Below are positions 1 to 10,387 of a stretch of DNA of 64,000 nucleotides, piece after piece. The notes beneath the pieces are model-generated. The model saw only the letters and a program-made list of their open reading frames with translations. It did not search any database and was not told where the DNA came from. The position numbers and the translations under genes were made by a program. Origin of the DNA: Mycobacteriales bacterium (GTDB lineage Bacteria; Actinomycetota; Actinomycetes; Mycobacteriales; SCTD01); assembly GCA_038256525.1 (NCBI GenBank), contig JBBSKF010000001.1:9706-73705 (forward strand), read 5' to 3'. Numbering within the stretch: the stretch's first letter is position 1; the number at the start of each line of letters is the position of its first letter.

Positions 1-477
1 GAAGGACAGGGCGAAGCCGACAAGGACCGCGAGGGTGACGGTCAGCACGACGGCGGGCAGCAGGTCGACCGGTGGGAGCGGGATCCGGAACGCGACGACG
101 CCGACGGCGACGATCGGCAGGCTGCGGAAGACGAGCTCGAACGCACTGCGGCCGGCGAAGGTCGCCATGGAGTAGTGCTGCAGGTCGACCGGGCGGTAGA
201 GGTCGGTGGCGATGTCCCCGGAGCGCACCCGGTCGGCGATGTCGGTCCAGCCGAACAGCATCACCGGTGCGAGCAGCGCCTGGGTGAAGAAGACGAAGCC
301 GACCGCCGCCGTCTCGTCGAATCCACCCACCGTGTCGCGCTGCGCGAGCACCGCCAGCAGCACATAGGCCCGCAGGGCGCCGAAGCTCGCGTTGGTGAAC
401 AGCCCGGCGACGACCGCGGCGCGATAGGCAGACCGCTGCCGCCAACCGCGTCTGGCCACCTCCCACCACAGACGCAC
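1..477 (-). CDS. ABC-2-type transporter permease-like membrane protein (N-terminal part; 3' end outside window)
   Basis: The minus-strand frame is open from GTG at 477 to the window edge. Manual translation is VRLWWEVARRGWRQRSAYRAAVVAGLFTNASFGALRAYVLLAVLAQ..., followed by hydrophobic helices. AAGGGGGA lies just upstream of the GTG. The family call rests only on resemblance to ABC-2 permeases. Confidence 0.5.
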   Translation of the reverse strand, partial: MRLWWEVARRGWRQRSAYRAAVVAGLFTNASFGALRAYVLLAVLAQRDTVGGFDETAAVGFVFFTQALLAPVMLFGWTDIADRVRSGDIATDLYRPVDLQHYSMATFAGRSAFELVFRSLPIVAVGVVAFRIPLPPVDLLPAVVLTVTLAVLVGFALSF

Positions 478-507
478 GCGTCCCCCTTCGATCCGCCGGC
501 AGCCTAG

Positions 508-2073
508 TTGTGCCCGGCGACGAATTTGGCCTGTGGACAACTCGCAGGCCGGTGCTCCCGGTGCTTCGCTGCCAGGGTGAGCGAGGTCTTCATCCTTCCC
601 GGCTACGACATCCAGGCGCTGATCGGCGCCGGCGCGACCGGCGAGGTGTGGCGCGCCGTCGAGCTGTCCTCCGGCGACACGGTGGCGCTCAAACGGCTGT
701 CGCCGGACGCTGACCCGCGGGCCGTGGAGGCGCTGCGCCGCGAGGCCTCCCTGCTGCGGACCCTGGACACCCCTTACGTCGTACGGCTGCGCGCCGTCGT
801 CGACGAGGGCCCGGCCGCGGTGCTGGTGCTCGACCACGCACCGGGCGGGTCCCTGGCGGATCTGCTGGCGCGACGGGGTGCCCTCGATCCCGGCGAGGTC
901 ATCACCGTCGGTGGTCCGCTCGCTCAGGCGCTCGCCGCGGCCCACGCCGTCGCCCTCGTGCACGGTGACGTGTCGCCGGCCAACGTGCTGTTCACCGCGG
1001 CCGGGATGCCGCTGCTCGCCGACCTCGGGGTGGCCCGAGTGGTGGGTGAGCGGTGCGAAAGCGTCTATGGTGTAGCGGAATACCTCGATCCGGCCGTTGC
1101 CGCGGGCGGTGCGCCGGACTTCGCCTCCGACGTGTGGGCGCTTGCGGCGCTCTGCCACCACCTGCTGGCCGGCACGCCCCCGCACGCCGGCGACTCCGTC
1201 GCCGACGTCCTGTATGCAGCCGGGAACGGCGAGCGGGCGCCGCTCGGGCTGCTCGCACCGAGTGCGCCCAGGGCGCTGGTGGCGGCCATCGAGGCCGGCC
1301 TCGCGGCCGATCCTGGGCAGCGGCCCGATGCGGGGGAGTTCGCCTCCTTGCTGCGGCGTGCCCACGCCGCTGCGCCGGTGCGGCTCCACGGGGGCGGCGG
1401 TCCGCCGCCGGAGCCGGTGCGCCCCACCCATGTGGTCCGGGCAGCACCCCCGCCTGCGCCGCCGGTCGACCGGGTGCGCAGGCGGCTGCCGCGGCACGTC
1501 GTGCCGACTGTCGGGTTCGCCCTGCTGGTTCTGCTCGCCGCCGGTCTCGGGTGGCTGTCCGGGCGGGGCGAGGTGCCGGCGGCCGCTGCCCTCGCCCCGA
1601 TACCGCCCACGTCCCCTGCACCCGCGCCCGCCCGGCCCGAACCCGCCCGGCCTGCGCCGGCACAGCCCGTGTCCGCGACGACCGGGGCCTTCCCCACCCC
1701 GGACTGGGTGGAGGTGCTGGACGGCCTCGACGCCGCCCGAGCGCGGGCCTTCGCTTCCGCCGATCCGGCCGGGCTGCTGGCCGTGTGGGCTCCGGGCACC
1801 CCGGGCCTGCGCGCCGACACCGCCACCCTGGAGGGGCTCGCCGCGAGGGGCGAGAGCGCTCACGGACTGAGGCACGCCGTACAAGGTGTCGATCCCGTCG
1901 CGGGCGAGGGTCCGGCGAGACTCGAGGTCGTCGACGTGCTAGCGGGTCATGAGATCCGCGACTCGTCAGGGGTGGTCGTGCAACGGGTTGCCGAGCGCGG
2001 CCCTACCAGATGGGTGGTCGACCTGACCAAGACTCCGGCGGGCTGGCGGCTGACGTCGGTGACCCCGGCCTGA
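508..2073 (+). CDS. Ser/Thr protein kinase with one TM segment and a C-terminal extracytoplasmic domain
   Basis: Gly-rich loop IGAGATGEVWRA, VALKRL lysine, HGDVSPANVL catalytic loop and ADLGVAR. A Pro-rich linker and the TM segment VGFALLVLLAAGLGWL follow. The start is uncertain (TTG 508 or GTG 577). Confidence 0.85.
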   Translation: MCPATNLACGQLAGRCSRCFAARVSEVFILPGYDIQALIGAGATGEVWRAVELSSGDTVALKRLSPDADPRAVEALRREASLLRTLDTPYVVRLRAVVDEGPAAVLVLDHAPGGSLADLLARRGALDPGEVITVGGPLAQALAAAHAVALVHGDVSPANVLFTAAGMPLLADLGVARVVGERCESVYGVAEYLDPAVAAGGAPDFASDVWALAALCHHLLAGTPPHAGDSVADVLYAAGNGERAPLGLLAPSAPRALVAAIEAGLAADPGQRPDAGEFASLLRRAHAAAPVRLHGGGGPPPEPVRPTHVVRAAPPPAPPVDRVRRRLPRHVVPTVGFALLVLLAAGLGWLSGRGEVPAAAALAPIPPTSPAPAPARPEPARPAPAQPVSATTGAFPTPDWVEVLDGLDAARARAFASADPAGLLAVWAPGTPGLRADTATLEGLAARGESAHGLRHAVQGVDPVAGEGPARLEVVDVLAGHEIRDSSGVVVQRVAERGPTRWVVDLTKTPAGWRLTSVTPA

Positions 2074-2226
2074 CCCGGGTCGAGCCTCCTCGCCCAGGGG
2101 GGCGGCACTCCCGGTCGGCGGGTGTTACCACAGAGCGCAACATCTCAGGAATGTTGGCCTGTGTGGAAACAGGTCGGCGAGAGGGCTGCCCACGTCGGCG
2201 CGACACGCCGGCGCACTCGCAGTTGA

Positions 2227-3657
2227 CTAACGGCCCCACTCCTCCAGCAGGCGCAGCCACACCTCGCTCATCGTCGGGAACGACGGGACTGCGTGCCACA
2301 GCCGCGAGATCGGCACCTCACCGACGAGCGCGACGGTGGCGGCGTGCACCAGCTCCGCGCTGTCCTGGCCGACGAAGGTGGCGCCGAGCAGCAGCTCCCG
2401 GACGCTGTCGACCACGAGCTTGGCGTGACCGACGTAGCCGTCGGCGTGCAGCGCGGCACCCGACACGTTGCCCAGGGCGTATTCCACCGTGCGCACCGGG
2501 TGCCCGGCCGCGCGGGCCCGCGCCTCGGTGAGACCGACCGAGGCCACCTCCGGGTCGGTGAACACGACCTGGGCCACGGCGGCGTGGTCAGCGGTCGACA
2601 CGTGCCGCCCCCACGGTGCGGTGTCCTCCTGGCGGCCTGCCGCCCGGGCGGCGATCAGGTCGCCGAGCGCCCGCGCCTGGTACTTCCCCTGGTGGGTCAG
2701 CAGCGCCCGGCCGTTGACGTCGCCCACGGCGTAGAGCCAGCCACCCGGGACGTCCTGCACGGCCATCGTGTCGTCGACCGGCACGAAGCCGCCCGGCTCC
2801 AGGCCGACCGACTTCACGCCGAGGTCGGTCGTTGCCGGCTGCCGCCCCAGTGCGACCAGCACCTCGTCGGCAGAGATGATGCGCCCGTCGGCCAGGGTGG
2901 CCTTGACCGGGCCGCCGGGGTGTGGCCGTTCGATCCGCCGGACGCTGCTGCGCAGCAGCACCTGCACGCCGGCGTCCTCGAGACCTTCCTGGACCAGCGG
3001 CCCGACGAACGGTTCGGTGCGGCCGAGCAGCCGGTCACCTCGTTCGACGATCGTCACCTGCTGAGAGCCCAGCGCTCGCCAGGCCTGCGCCATCTCGACG
3101 GCCACCACTCCGCCGCCGAGGACGAGCAGTCGCCGTGGCGCCTTGCTCGCGGTGGTTGCCTCGCGGCTGGTCCAGGGACCCGCTTCGCGCAGCCCCGGGA
3201 TCGGTGGGATCGCGGCCCTGGTCCCGGTGGCCAGCACCACGGCATGCCGCGCCGTGAGCGTGGTCGGGCCCCCCGGACGCTCGATCTCGACGAACTTCTC
3301 GCCCGCCAGCCGGCCGTGCCCACGCACGAGTGAGATCCCGGCGCTGTCGAGCCAGCTGACCTGCCCGGCATCGTCGAAGCCGCTGATGAAGGCGTCCCGA
3401 CGGGCCAGGACCGCGGCGATGTCGAGCTCGCCGGAAGCCGCCTCCCGGCTGCCGGGCACCCTTCGCGCGGCCACAAGAGCATGGACCGGCCGCAGCAGCG
3501 CCTTGCTCGGGATGCACGCCCAGTAGGAGCATTCACCCCCCACCAGATCGGCTTCGACGATCGCGACGCTGAGCCCACCGCGCGCCGCCCGGTCGGCGAC
3601 GTTCTCCCCGGCCGGCCCGGCGCCGAGAACGACGACGTCGTACGTCTGGATGTCCAT
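2227..3657 (-). CDS. FAD-dependent pyridine nucleotide-disulfide oxidoreductase (Lpd / mercuric-reductase-like paralogue)
   Basis: N-terminal VVVLGAGPAGE dinucleotide fold, redox-active GGECSYWACIPSK and a second GGGVVAVEMA NAD fold. The C-terminal dimerisation region contains HAVPSFPT. Confidence 0.85.
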   Translation of the reverse strand: MDIQTYDVVVLGAGPAGENVADRAARGGLSVAIVEADLVGGECSYWACIPSKALLRPVHALVAARRVPGSREAASGELDIAAVLARRDAFISGFDDAGQVSWLDSAGISLVRGHGRLAGEKFVEIERPGGPTTLTARHAVVLATGTRAAIPPIPGLREAGPWTSREATTASKAPRRLLVLGGGVVAVEMAQAWRALGSQQVTIVERGDRLLGRTEPFVGPLVQEGLEDAGVQVLLRSSVRRIERPHPGGPVKATLADGRIISADEVLVALGRQPATTDLGVKSVGLEPGGFVPVDDTMAVQDVPGGWLYAVGDVNGRALLTHQGKYQARALGDLIAARAAGRQEDTAPWGRHVSTADHAAVAQVVFTDPEVASVGLTEARARAAGHPVRTVEYALGNVSGAALHADGYVGHAKLVVDSVRELLLGATFVGQDSAELVHAATVALVGEVPISRLWHAVPSFPTMSEVWLRLLEEWGR

Positions 3658-3679
3658 GCCGCCAGCCTGTCAGAACGGC

Positions 3680-4567
3680 TCAGATCGAGCTCTGCAGCGC
3701 CCCCGCGAGGTCGCTGTCGGCGAAGGAGAAACCGCTGCGCTGCAACACCTGTGGGAGCAGGCGCTGCCCGATCAGGACTCCTTCGGCAGCAAATCCACCG
3801 AGCGCGGCCGTCAGCGCGAATCCGGGCACCGGAACGGGCAGCGTCGGCCGGTGCACCGCCTTGCCGAGCGCTCTGGTGAATGCCTTGTTCGTAACCGGCG
3901 CCGGTCCGACGAGGTTCACCGGCCCCGCGACGTCGGCGGTCAGCAGGTGCGTGATCGCGGCGATCTGATCGCGCAGGGTGATCCAGCTGTTCCACTGCCG
4001 GCCGCTGCCCAGTGGAGCGCCCGCGCCGAGCCGGAAGATCGGCAGCTGCTTGGCCAGCGCCCCGCCCGAGCCGGACAAGACGATGCCGGTACGCAGGTGG
4101 ACCACCCGGATCCCGGCGGCCTGCGCGGGGGCGGTCGAGGCCTCCCACTGCTGGCACACCTCGGCGAGGAACCCCTGACCGGCCGGCCCGGTCTCATCGG
4201 TGAACCGGTCGCCGGTGTCGCCGTACCAGCCGATCCCGCTCGCCGACAGCAGCACCCTCGGGCCGTCTGCGACGGACATGGCGGTGGCAACCGTGGTCGT
4301 GCCATCGACCCGGCTGTCGAGGATCAGCTTCTTGTAGGACGGCGTCCAGCGCTTGTCGGCGACACCCGCGCCGGCGAGGTGGATGACGGCGTCGAGGTCG
4401 GCGACCGCCTGCGGGTCCAGCCGGCGGGCGGCCGGATCCCAGCCTCGTTCGTCGTGTGCGTCCGCTTGTCCGCGTACGAAGCGCACCACGTCGTGACCCT
4501 GCTCTCGCAACGACGCGACGAGGGGCGTGCCGATGAACCCGGACGCGCCGGTGATCCCGATCTTCAT
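3680..4567 (-). CDS. NAD-dependent epimerase/SDR, YfcH (TIGR01777)-like
   Basis: MKIGITGASGFIGTPLV Rossmann start. The track ORF was trimmed to ATG 4567. Length and C-terminal region resemble the DUF1731-type tail. Confidence 0.7.
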   Translation of the reverse strand: MKIGITGASGFIGTPLVASLREQGHDVVRFVRGQADAHDERGWDPAARRLDPQAVADLDAVIHLAGAGVADKRWTPSYKKLILDSRVDGTTTVATAMSVADGPRVLLSASGIGWYGDTGDRFTDETGPAGQGFLAEVCQQWEASTAPAQAAGIRVVHLRTGIVLSGSGGALAKQLPIFRLGAGAPLGSGRQWNSWITLRDQIAAITHLLTADVAGPVNLVGPAPVTNKAFTRALGKAVHRPTLPVPVPGFALTAALGGFAAEGVLIGQRLLPQVLQRSGFSFADSDLAGALQSSI

Positions 4568-4697
4568 GGGTGAATCGTGCCCCGCGGCCAGGTGGGCCGC
4601 GACCGGGGCCCCGCGGCGGACTCCGTTCTCGGTGCCGCACACACGCCTCAGCCGGGCGGTGGTGGCACCGAGAAGGGGGGCGGGGGAGGGGCGGGAG

Positions 4698-6167
4698 CTA
4701 CAGGCCTAGCTCCGCGGCGAAGTCGCCCTCCTCCAGGCGGGTCTTGACCGTGCCGAGGAAACGGGCCGCATCAGCGCCGTCGACGATGCGGTGGTCGTAG
4801 GTCAAGGCGAGATAGATCATCGAGCGTACGGCGACGACCTCGCCGAGCTCGGCGTCCTGCACGACGACGGGCCGCTTCACCACCGCGCCGGTGCCGAGGA
4901 TGCCGACCTGCGGCTGGTTGATGATCGGGGTGTCGAACAGCGCGCCGCGCGAGCCGGTGTTGGTGAGCGTGAAGGTGCCGCCGCCCAGCTCGTCGGGGGT
5001 GACGTTGTTGCTCCGGGTGCGCTCCGCCAGATCTGCGATCTTGCGCGCCATGCCGGCCAGGTTGAGGTCACCCGCTGCGTGGATGACCGGCACGAGCAGC
5101 CCGCGGGGGCTGTCGACGGCGATCCCCAGGTGCTCGGCCTCGTGGTAGGTGATGGTGCCGGCGTTCTGGTCGATGCTCGCGTTGAGGACCGGGTGCAGCT
5201 TGAGCGCCTCGATCGTGGCGAGCGCGAAGAAGGGCAGGAACGACAGCTTGGTGCCCTCGCGGGCAACGAAGTCGTCCTTGGCCGCGCTCCGCAGCCGGGC
5301 GATCCGGGTGACGTCGGCCTCGACCACCGAGGTGAGCTGGGCGCTCGTCTGCAACGACTCCGTCAGGCGCGTGGCGATCACCTTGCGCAGTCGGGTCATC
5401 GGCTCGGTCCGTCCGCGCACGTGCGTGGCGGGGGCGGCCTGCACCGCCTGGTCGACGTAGGTGGGCGCCGGGGCAGAGGTCGGTTTCGGCTGCCCCGGCT
5501 GAGGGAGCGAAGGGGACTGCGCCGGGGCTGCGGGGGCGGCTGGTGCGCCGGCGGCGGGCTCGGGAGCGTCGCCGCCGCGCCCCTGCTCGGCGGCGTCGAG
5601 CACGTCCTGCTTGCGGATCCGGCCGCCGACCCCGGTGCCCGACAGGCTCGACAGGTCGACGCCGTGCTCGGTGGCGAGCTTGCGGACCAGCGGCGTGACG
5701 TAGGCGCCCTCGCTGCCCGCTGACCCCGATGGCGCCGGCCGGGCTCCCTCAGGAGCAGCGGGCTGGGGGGCCGGTGCCGGTGGCGTCTCGGCGGCCGTCG
5801 CGACAGGCGCCGGTGCCGGCTCGGGCTCCGGCTCGGATGCGGATTCAGGCTCGGGCTCGGGCTCGGGTTCGGGTTCGGGTGCGGCTTCGGGCTCGGCGGG
5901 AGCGGCTTCCCCGTCCCCGTCACCCCCCGCACCGTCGTCGATCGTCGCGAGCTCAACCCCGACCTCGACGGTCTCGTCCTCCTGCACCTTGATCGAGCTG
6001 ACGATTCCGCCTGCCGGAGAGGGAATCTCGGTGTCTACCTTGTCGGTGGAGACCTCCAGCAGGGGCTCGTCGGCCTCGACCCGCTCACCCTCCTTCTTCA
6101 GCCAGCGGGTGACCGTGCCTTCGGAGACGCTCTCGCCGAGGCGCGGCATGGTGACGGAGACGGCCAT
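4698..6167 (-). CDS. sucB: Dihydrolipoamide acyl(succinyl)transferase E2
   Basis: Lipoyl domain ([16 protein letters not shown]), a PE/PA-rich linker, a peripheral subunit-binding domain ([17 protein letters not shown]) and a catalytic domain with DHRIVDGA. Confidence 0.9.
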   Translation of the reverse strand: MAVSVTMPRLGESVSEGTVTRWLKKEGERVEADEPLLEVSTDKVDTEIPSPAGGIVSSIKVQEDETVEVGVELATIDDGAGGDGDGEAAPAEPEAAPEPEPEPEPEPESASEPEPEPAPAPVATAAETPPAPAPQPAAPEGARPAPSGSAGSEGAYVTPLVRKLATEHGVDLSSLSGTGVGGRIRKQDVLDAAEQGRGGDAPEPAAGAPAAPAAPAQSPSLPQPGQPKPTSAPAPTYVDQAVQAAPATHVRGRTEPMTRLRKVIATRLTESLQTSAQLTSVVEADVTRIARLRSAAKDDFVAREGTKLSFLPFFALATIEALKLHPVLNASIDQNAGTITYHEAEHLGIAVDSPRGLLVPVIHAAGDLNLAGMARKIADLAERTRSNNVTPDELGGGTFTLTNTGSRGALFDTPIINQPQVGILGTGAVVKRPVVVQDAELGEVVAVRSMIYLALTYDHRIVDGADAARFLGTVKTRLEEGDFAAELGL

Positions 6168-6181
6168 GTGAGCAGGGCTCC

Positions 6182-7588
6182 CTAGGAGTGGCTGTGGAGG
6201 GGCTTGCCGGCGAGCGCGAGATGGGCCTCGCCGACGGCTTCGGACATGGTCGGGTGCGGGTGGATCAGGGCGGCGACCTCGCTCGGCAGGGCCTCCCAGT
6301 TGGTGATCAGCTGGGCCTCGGCGATGAGCTCGCCGACCCGGTCGCCGACCATGTGGACGCCGATCACCGGGCCGTCCTTGGCGGCCAGGACCTTGACCGC
6401 ACCCGCGGTGCCGAGGATCCGCGCCTTGCCGTTCCCGGCCAGGTCGTACGTCGCCTCGACGACGTCGTAGCCGCGCTCCTCGGCGACCTTGCGGGTCAGG
6501 CCGACCGAGGCGACCTCGGGTGAGGAGTAGGTGACCCGGGGGACGCCGTCGTAGTCGACCGGGGTGACGGCGAGCCCGGCGAGGCGCTCAGCGACCAGGA
6601 TGCCCTCGGCGAAGCCGACGTGCGCGAGCTGCAGGGTCGGGATCAGGTCACCGACCGCGCTGATCGTCGGGACGCTCGTCTGGCAGTAGTCGTCGACCTC
6701 GACGAAGCCCCGGTTCATCGTCACGCCGACCTGCTCGTAGCCGAGGTCCTTCGACACCGGGCCCCTCCCGATGGCCACCAGCAGCAGCTCCGCCTCGAGC
6801 GTCTTGCCGCCCTCGAGGTGCACTCGTACTCCCGTGTCGGTGTGCTCGACCTTCTCGAACCGGGCGCCGAGCTCCTGGACGATGCCCCGCTTGCGGAAGG
6901 CCCGCTCCAGCAGCTTGGAGGACGACTCCTCCTCGAGCGGCACGAGGTGGGGCAGCGCTTCGACCAGAGTGACCTCTGCGCCGAATGAGCGCCAGGCCGA
7001 GGCAAACTCGCACCCGATAGCACCAGCACCGAGGATCACCACTGAGCCGGGGACGGTGTCCATGCCGAGGGCGTCGTCACTGGTGATGACCCGCCGGTGG
7101 TCGACCTCCAGGCCAGGAAGCGAGCGCGGGACCGAGCCGGTGGCGAGCAGCACGTGCTCGGCCTCGATGGTCCGGCCGTCCACCTCGACAGCGGTGGGCG
7201 ACACCAGGCGCCCGTGCCCGTGCACCACCTCGATCTTGCGGCTCTTCACCAGACCGGTGAGCCCCTTGAACAGGCCCTCGACGACCTTGTCCTTGTACTT
7301 GTTGACCGCGGGCATGTCGACCGACTCGAACGTCCCGTGCACACCGAACTGGCCGGCCTCTTTGATGACCTCGACGGTCTCGGCGGAATGCAGGAGGGCC
7401 TTGGTCGGGATGCAGCCGCGGTGCAGGCAGGTGCCGCCGACCTTGTCCTGCTCGACCATGACGACGCTCTTGCCGAGCTCGGCGCTGCGCAGCGCGGCCG
7501 CGTAGCCGCCGGAGCCGCCGCCGAGGACGACGAGGTCGACCCCATCCGCAGATGTGGTGGCGGTGGGTGTGGCTGCAGATCGGGTCAC
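6182..7588 (-). CDS. lpdA: Dihydrolipoyl dehydrogenase E3
   Basis: [13 protein letters not shown] fold, [13 protein letters not shown] redox disulfide and the C-terminal HPHPTMSE motif. It lies directly upstream of sucB on the same strand. Confidence 0.9.
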   Translation of the reverse strand: MTRSAATPTATTSADGVDLVVLGGGSGGYAAALRSAELGKSVVMVEQDKVGGTCLHRGCIPTKALLHSAETVEVIKEAGQFGVHGTFESVDMPAVNKYKDKVVEGLFKGLTGLVKSRKIEVVHGHGRLVSPTAVEVDGRTIEAEHVLLATGSVPRSLPGLEVDHRRVITSDDALGMDTVPGSVVILGAGAIGCEFASAWRSFGAEVTLVEALPHLVPLEEESSSKLLERAFRKRGIVQELGARFEKVEHTDTGVRVHLEGGKTLEAELLLVAIGRGPVSKDLGYEQVGVTMNRGFVEVDDYCQTSVPTISAVGDLIPTLQLAHVGFAEGILVAERLAGLAVTPVDYDGVPRVTYSSPEVASVGLTRKVAEERGYDVVEATYDLAGNGKARILGTAGAVKVLAAKDGPVIGVHMVGDRVGELIAEAQLITNWEALPSEVAALIHPHPTMSEAVGEAHLALAGKPLHSHS

Positions 7589-7745
7589 TGATGAACTCCT
7601 CGCTCGTGGCGGTGGTGCGGTGCATCGGCCTCATGGGTTGGCACTCGGCCGATCGCAAGGGCATCCTGTCACTTCTGAAGTACAGGCCTGCACGGCACCC
7701 GCCGCATTCCCGAGCGGGCGCCGTGCACCCAGGCAGGGAGAGCAC

Positions 7746-8094
7746 CGTGGGACTGCGCGACCGCTTCCGGCGGCCGCCGAGCCGGTCGGGCTCGGGGCGT
7801 GAGGCTCAGTCCGCGGACTTCGACCATCTGAAGGAGTGGGCCGGTAGTCGACGTGGGGTGGAGGGCTTCGTCGAGCCGGAGACCCGGACCACCGCGACGA
7901 CGCTCGTGCTCGTCGCCACCGACGGTGAGTGGACCCGCCGCCGCGTGCCCTCCCCGAAAGCCGCCTTCGGGTTCGGTCAGAAGGTCGGCATCCCGGTCTA
8001 CGACGTGGCCGCGGTGGGTTACCCGGTCCGGATGCGGGAGTGGACCGCCAAGCGCAAGGCAGCCGGCCAGACCGGTGTCCCGCCTTCAGATTGA
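7746..8094 (+). CDS. Conserved hypothetical protein
   Basis: GC3-rich frame from GTG 7746, preceded by GGGAGAG. No recognisable domain. The track ORF starting at 7552 overlaps the lpdA start and was trimmed. Confidence 0.4.
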
Positions 8095-8174
8095 TCCACC
8101 GCAGGAATGCCGCCCTCAGCCGGGCGCGCCCACCATGACGACGGCGATGCCGCGGATGATCAGCTGCGGGCGGG

Positions 8175-8753
8175 TTACGGCTTGCCGGTGCCCTCAGGCT
8201 TGCCGGCACCGTCTGACTTGCCCGTCACGTCGGGCTTGCCGGTGCCCTCGGGCTTGCCGGCACCGTCTGACTTGCCGGTTACGTCAGGCTTGCCGGTGCC
8301 CTCCGGCGCGGTGCTCCCGGGATCGGCTGCCTTGTCAGGCTTGGCTGCCTCGTCAGGCTTGCCGGTCTTGTCGGTGTCCTCGACGTCCTTGCCGCAGTCG
8401 CTCTTGGCGGCCTGTGAGACGAGCGCACCGCGACCGGGGCCCTTGGGCAGCGAGTGGACGTACGCCGAGATGTTCTGCCCGTGGGTCTTGGTCGGATCGC
8501 AGACGAAGGGAGCTGCGGGAGCCTGCGCGCCGCGCTGGCTCTCGCGCTGCAGCTTGGCGAGCTTGGCCAAGCCGCGTTTCTCGGCGCCCTGGCTGTTCTC
8601 GGCGGCCGGAGCGGGCGCCGGGCTCTGCGCGGCCACGGTGTGAACGACGACTGTGCCACCACCGACGACCGCCGCCGTGGCGATCGCGGTGCCGGTGACA
8701 AGCACGCCGACCCGGGCCTTGGCTGCGAGCAGGGACATCAGAGGTCGGGACAC
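8175..8753 (-). CDS. Membrane-anchored or secreted repeat protein
   Basis: N-terminal TM/signal anchor (VGVLVTGTAIATAAVVGG). The C-terminus consists of GKPEGTGKPDVTGKSDGA repeats encoded by a 54-bp tandem repeat. Confidence 0.6.
   Translation of the reverse strand: MSRPLMSLLAAKARVGVLVTGTAIATAAVVGGGTVVVHTVAAQSPAPAPAAENSQGAEKRGLAKLAKLQRESQRGAQAPAAPFVCDPTKTHGQNISAYVHSLPKGPGRGALVSQAAKSDCGKDVEDTDKTGKPDEAAKPDKAADPGSTAPEGTGKPDVTGKSDGAGKPEGTGKPDVTGKSDGAGKPEGTGKP
8179..8306. repeat. 54-bp tandem repeat, about 2.4 copies, inside the 3' end of the 8175-8753 CDS
   Basis: Units at 8179-8232 and 8233-8286 are near-identical (ggcttgccggtgccctcRggcttgccggcaccgtctgacttgcc...). A partial third unit runs to 8306. 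Confidence 0.85.
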
Positions 8754-8799
8754 GTTGCTGAGCCTCTACCTGTTTGGTGAGAAGAGCAAGGGCCTATCG

Positions 8800-10332
8800 C
8801 TACCCAGCGTGAGCGAGATCCTCGAGCAGCTGCACGAAGGTGCGCACTGCGGCTCCGGTCCCGCCGTGCGGGGTGTATCCGTACGCCGCACCGGAGTTGT
8901 AGGCCGGACCGGCGATGTCCAGGTGGGCCCAGCGCACACCCTCGGTGACGAACTCCTTCAGGAACAGCCCGGCGCTGAGCATCCCGCCCTCGCGCGGGCC
9001 GGTGTTGATGAGGTCGGCGACCTCGGACTCGAGTCCCTTGCGCAGGTCGGCCGGCAGGGGCATCGGCCAGGACGGCTCGCCGGCCCGGTCGGCCGCATCG
9101 ACCACTGACGCGCGCAGCGCGTCGTCGTTGCCCATCACGGCGGTCGTCCGCGCGCCGAGGGCCACCAGCTGGGCGCCGGTCAGGGTCGCGACGTCGATCA
9201 GGATGTCGGGGGAGTCCTCGCACGCGCGGGCGATCGCGTCGGCCAGGATCAGCCGTCCCTCGGCGTCGGTGTTGTTGACCTCCACCGTCTTGCCGTTGCG
9301 GAACGTGAGGACGTCGGACGGCCGGATCGCCGCACCGCTCGGCATGTTCTCGGCCATCGGGATCCACGCCTCGACGTCGACGGCGAGACCGAGCTCGGCG
9401 ACGGCGACGACGGTGGCGAGCACGGCGGCGGCGCCGCTCATGTCGCTCTTCATCTCCTCCATCGCCGCGGCGGGCTTGAGCGACAGGCCGCCGGAGTCGA
9501 AGGTGACGCCCTTGCCGACCAGGGCGACCTTGGAGCTGGTGCCCTTGCCCCCGCGGTAGGACAGGTACACCAGGCGAGGGCCGTTCGCCGAACCCTGTCC
9601 GACGCCGATCAGTCCGCCGAAGCGGCCCTTCACCAGAGCCTGTCCTTCGAGAACCTCGACGTCCACACCGGCCTTGCCGGCGACGGAGCTCGCCAGATCG
9701 GCCAGCTCGGCGGGGTGCAGGTCACTCGGCGGGGTGTTCACCAGGTCGCGCACCAGCAGGACGGCGCGGGTCACGACCTCGGCCCGCCTGACAGCGGCCC
9801 GGAGCACCTTGCTCTTGGCGTCGGGGACCAGCAGGACGAGCTCGCGCACCGGTTCGCGGCGATCTGCATCCGAGCTCGCGTCTCCCGCCGCGGTGCGGTA
9901 GCGACCGAACGCGTAAGCCCCGAGCAGCGCGCCCTCCCCGGCCGCGCGTACCCCCGAGGCCGGCTCGCTGCCGCACACCGCCAGGGTCAGGGCGACCCTG
10001 CCCGAGCCGGCGAGGTCACGCACCGCCGCCCCCGCCGCCCGGCGCAGCAGCTCGCCGTCGTACGTCCCGTCGCTGGCCACCGGGCCGAGCCCGATCGCGA
10101 CAACCACCGGTGCCGTCGTGGCGCCCAGGGTGGCGAGCCGGGTGACCTGCTCGGCCTTGCCGGTGGCGCCGAGTCCGGTCAGGGCGGGCAGCAGGGCCTT
10201 GCCGAGGGCCTGCGCGATGCTGTCGGCGCCGGCGGCCAGCACCAGGCCTTTCGGTCCCCGGGCCACGCCGATCACGACGGCGTCGACCTTCGCGGCGGCA
10301 GCGGACGCGCTGGACAGCGAGAGAGAGGTCAC
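8800..10332 (-). CDS. pepA: Leucyl aminopeptidase (M17)
   Basis: VGKGVTFDSGGLSLKP and NTDAEGRLILADA M17 signatures. The start is probably GTG 10332 (VTSLSLS...); the track ORF begins at 10380. Confidence 0.85.
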   Translation of the reverse strand: MTSLSLSSASAAAAKVDAVVIGVARGPKGLVLAAGADSIAQALGKALLPALTGLGATGKAEQVTRLATLGATTAPVVVAIGLGPVASDGTYDGELLRRAAGAAVRDLAGSGRVALTLAVCGSEPASGVRAAGEGALLGAYAFGRYRTAAGDASSDADRREPVRELVLLVPDAKSKVLRAAVRRAEVVTRAVLLVRDLVNTPPSDLHPAELADLASSVAGKAGVDVEVLEGQALVKGRFGGLIGVGQGSANGPRLVYLSYRGGKGTSSKVALVGKGVTFDSGGLSLKPAAAMEEMKSDMSGAAAVLATVVAVAELGLAVDVEAWIPMAENMPSGAAIRPSDVLTFRNGKTVEVNNTDAEGRLILADAIARACEDSPDILIDVATLTGAQLVALGARTTAVMGNDDALRASVVDAADRAGEPSWPMPLPADLRKGLESEVADLINTGPREGGMLSAGLFLKEFVTEGVRWAHLDIAGPAYNSGAAYGYTPHGGTGAAVRTFVQLLEDLAHAG

Positions 10333-10387
10333 GAGACCGACGCTACCGGGGGCCGTCGTGACAACTCGGTGACATCGCATCGCACGA

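Noticed and set aside
5800-5900. GC-rich hexanucleotide repeat (ggctcg/ggttcg)
   Set aside because: It encodes the (PE)n inter-domain linker of the E2 acyltransferase, which is a normal feature of lipoyl-domain linkers.
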